64,000 bases of DNA from an uncultured Armatimonadetes bacterium (lineage in GTDB: Bacteria > Armatimonadota > Hebobacteria > Hebobacterales > Hebobacteraceae): NCBI GenBank assembly GCA_963716175.1, contig OY970296.1, forward strand, positions 1,024,001-1,088,000, given 5' to 3'. The position numbers were made by a program, and so were the translations under genes. Each line of letters begins with the position of its first letter. The first letter of the stretch is position 1. Shown here in pieces: positions 62,456-64,000 of the stretch. Under the pieces are notes generated by a model. It was not told the origin of the DNA. It ran no database searches and saw only the letters and a list, made by a program, of their open reading frames with translations.

Positions 62456-62792
62456 CGCTGACAGTGCGCCGGCCGGCGCACGCGGCCCGCTGTGGGAACA
62501 CATGACTCGACACCTCTGCCGCCCCCTATGTGCTCGCCGCCGCACCCGTGCCGCGTCAAGCGCCGCCGGGTTCCAGTCCCACTCGGCTAGGCCCCGCAAG
62601 CCGGACAGCACCATCGCCTCGCGGCAAAGGTAGTCGCGCTGTTCTCGGGGTCGCAAGAGCGGCCCCCACCCGCGCCGAGGGCGCCGGCCGAAGCCAGCGC
62701 CCCCAGGTCCTACCCGATCAGGCGAGAGTCAAGCGACGGCCACCCAACTGGTGGGAAAGGTCCTGTCGTGCAGACGCCGTATTGGTTCGGCC

Positions 62793-63242
62793 ATGGCTGA
62801 CTCCGGTCTCATACTGGGCCTTTTCGATCGGTTGGGGACCCCTTTCAGGGCCGTCTGGCGCTGCCTACGTGGGCGCATAATCGGGTCTCTGCAGCTCGTT
62901 CCCCACGAGTCGTTGTGCTTCTGGCAGTCTGGCGCGCGGAACAGGGTGGGTGGGATGATTGTGAGGGCCGTGTTCCATGCGACGAATATGAGCTCCGATC
63001 CCATTTGGCTGGTGGCCGCTCGCCTCCGTAAGCCTGCTACTGGAGGCGTCGTGCGCGTGACCTATGAGATGAATGTCACGGGAGACTGCGCTCTGGAGCC
63101 AAAGAGGCGAATGTTCGCCCATGCGGATTTCTTCGTCGTCCCTCCCGTTTGCACGGCGTTCGAGGACTTCGTCGCGGACGTGGTGATAGTTGACAACCTC
63201 GGACATCCGCATCGCAGGCGAGTAGTCTTCAGACACCGATAG
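62793..63242 (+). CDS. hypothetical protein
   Basis: Open frame with beta-rich content; start uncertain. Confidence 0.5.
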   Translation: MADSGLILGLFDRLGTPFRAVWRCLRGRIIGSLQLVPHESLCFWQSGARNRVGGMIVRAVFHATNMSSDPIWLVAARLRKPATGGVVRVTYEMNVTGDCALEPKRRMFAHADFFVVPPVCTAFEDFVADVVIVDNLGHPHRRRVVFRHR

Positions 63243-63547
63243 TATGGCCATCCCGTCGCCTGCTGCCCGTTCACGCCGCCCACCTCGCCTTCGCCCGCAG
63301 TCCGGTCAGCTCGATCTTCTTCTCCATGAGCCGCAGGACAGGTCGCGTTATTGTAGTCCCCTTGTTCGAGCTGGGGATGTAGGCGGACTGCAGAGCGGCG
63401 CGCCCCACGTGGGCTTCAGGGCCGCGCTTCGTAGGCAGGTGATGGTAGAGGTGCGGCCGGTCACGTAGCGGGGCGTTCTTCGTCGGAAATGCCCATCTAG
63501 CGGCACTTTCCCGAGCGAGTCGAGGCCGAGATGGGTCAACCTGTGGC

Positions 63548-63703
63548 TGTCAGCCACCCATGGAGCCGGCCTGACATTATGCCCCCAACTGAAAGGCTGT
63601 GACCCGCGTGTCTGGGAACGACTGTCGCTCGATGGTGCGACGAACCCATGGACGGCGAGCCCAAGCTGGGGAGATGGCCGGAGCAGGGCAGGGCCCGGAG
63701 CCG
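63548..63703 (+). repeat. hairpin repeat family R, copy 14 (long form, diverged)
   Basis: TGTCAGCCACCCATGGAGCCGGCCTGACATT...GACCCGCGTGTCTGGGAA. Confidence 0.75.
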
Positions 63704-63865
63704 TTCACCCAAAGCATCGGTTCTGCCAGAGCCAGAGCAGCGAAGACGCCCGGGCAACATCGTGGTGCCCGGGAGCATATGCGACGTGGGGGGTGTCCCA
63801 GTGGATGGGCGCACTGACGTCCAATTCATCGCGCCAGTGCAGCGTCCACGATCCCTATCACGCGC

Positions 63866-63893
63866 GGTCGGGGTAGCGGGATTCGAACCCACG
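63866..63893 (-). pseudogene. tRNA-Pro-like 3' fragment (T-arm + acceptor strand)
   Basis: Minus strand CGTGGGTTCGAATCCCGCTACCCCGACC. Confidence 0.6.
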
Positions 63894-63942
63894 AGAGGCG
63901 TCTGGGCGCATCCTAGCCTGATCTGCGACGATTTCGCGCTGC

Positions 63943-64000
63943 TGGCGGAGGGGGCGGGATTCGAACCCGCGAGGCACCTTTCAGCGCCTACGCGATTTCC
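63943..64000 (-). tRNA. tRNA-Ser(GGA), 3' part (5' part outside the window)
   Basis: Minus strand GGAAATCGCG-TAGGCGCTGAAAGGTGCCT (long variable arm)-CGCGGGTTCGAATCCCGCCCCCTCCGCCA. Confidence 0.85.

Noticed and set aside
9523-63703. Repeat family R or the MITEs as a CRISPR array
   Set aside because: Copies are kilobases apart and diverged, with no regular spacers and no cas genes

Overview
GC-rich (about 65% by eye) diderm bacterial DNA. The 'TRDQMAVY(I/V)ARA' SLH domains, the DUF1559 prepilin-like protein, the DUF6785-type membrane protein and a TonB system suggest Armatimonadota (inference). Almost the whole window looks like accessory DNA accreted at the 3' end of a tRNA-Ser(GGA), which lies on the - strand and is cut by the window end. 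Three related junctions sharing the core TGGCGGAG (1267, 47649, 63943) outline two tandem islands of about 46 kb and 16 kb, and no integrase is encoded in the window. The cargo is mostly single secreted or carbohydrate-active genes plus a TonB/ExbBD/ABC uptake operon containing two signal-peptide-bearing fusions of a ModA-like binding domain to a SAM methyltransferase. The cargo is punctuated by at least 14 copies of a conserved hairpin repeat (GACTCC...GGAGTC core). These all become co-oriented if one ~17 kb inversion is undone, and the same step rejoins a split IS481 inserted in the repeat. Also present: two TA-ended MITE families, IS256 remnants, two tRNA-Phe pseudocopies, tRNA-Pro/Gly 3' fragments, two single-base frameshifts and an ImmA/IrrE-HTH + PIN pair. 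All calls are by-eye motif recognition; no searches were run.
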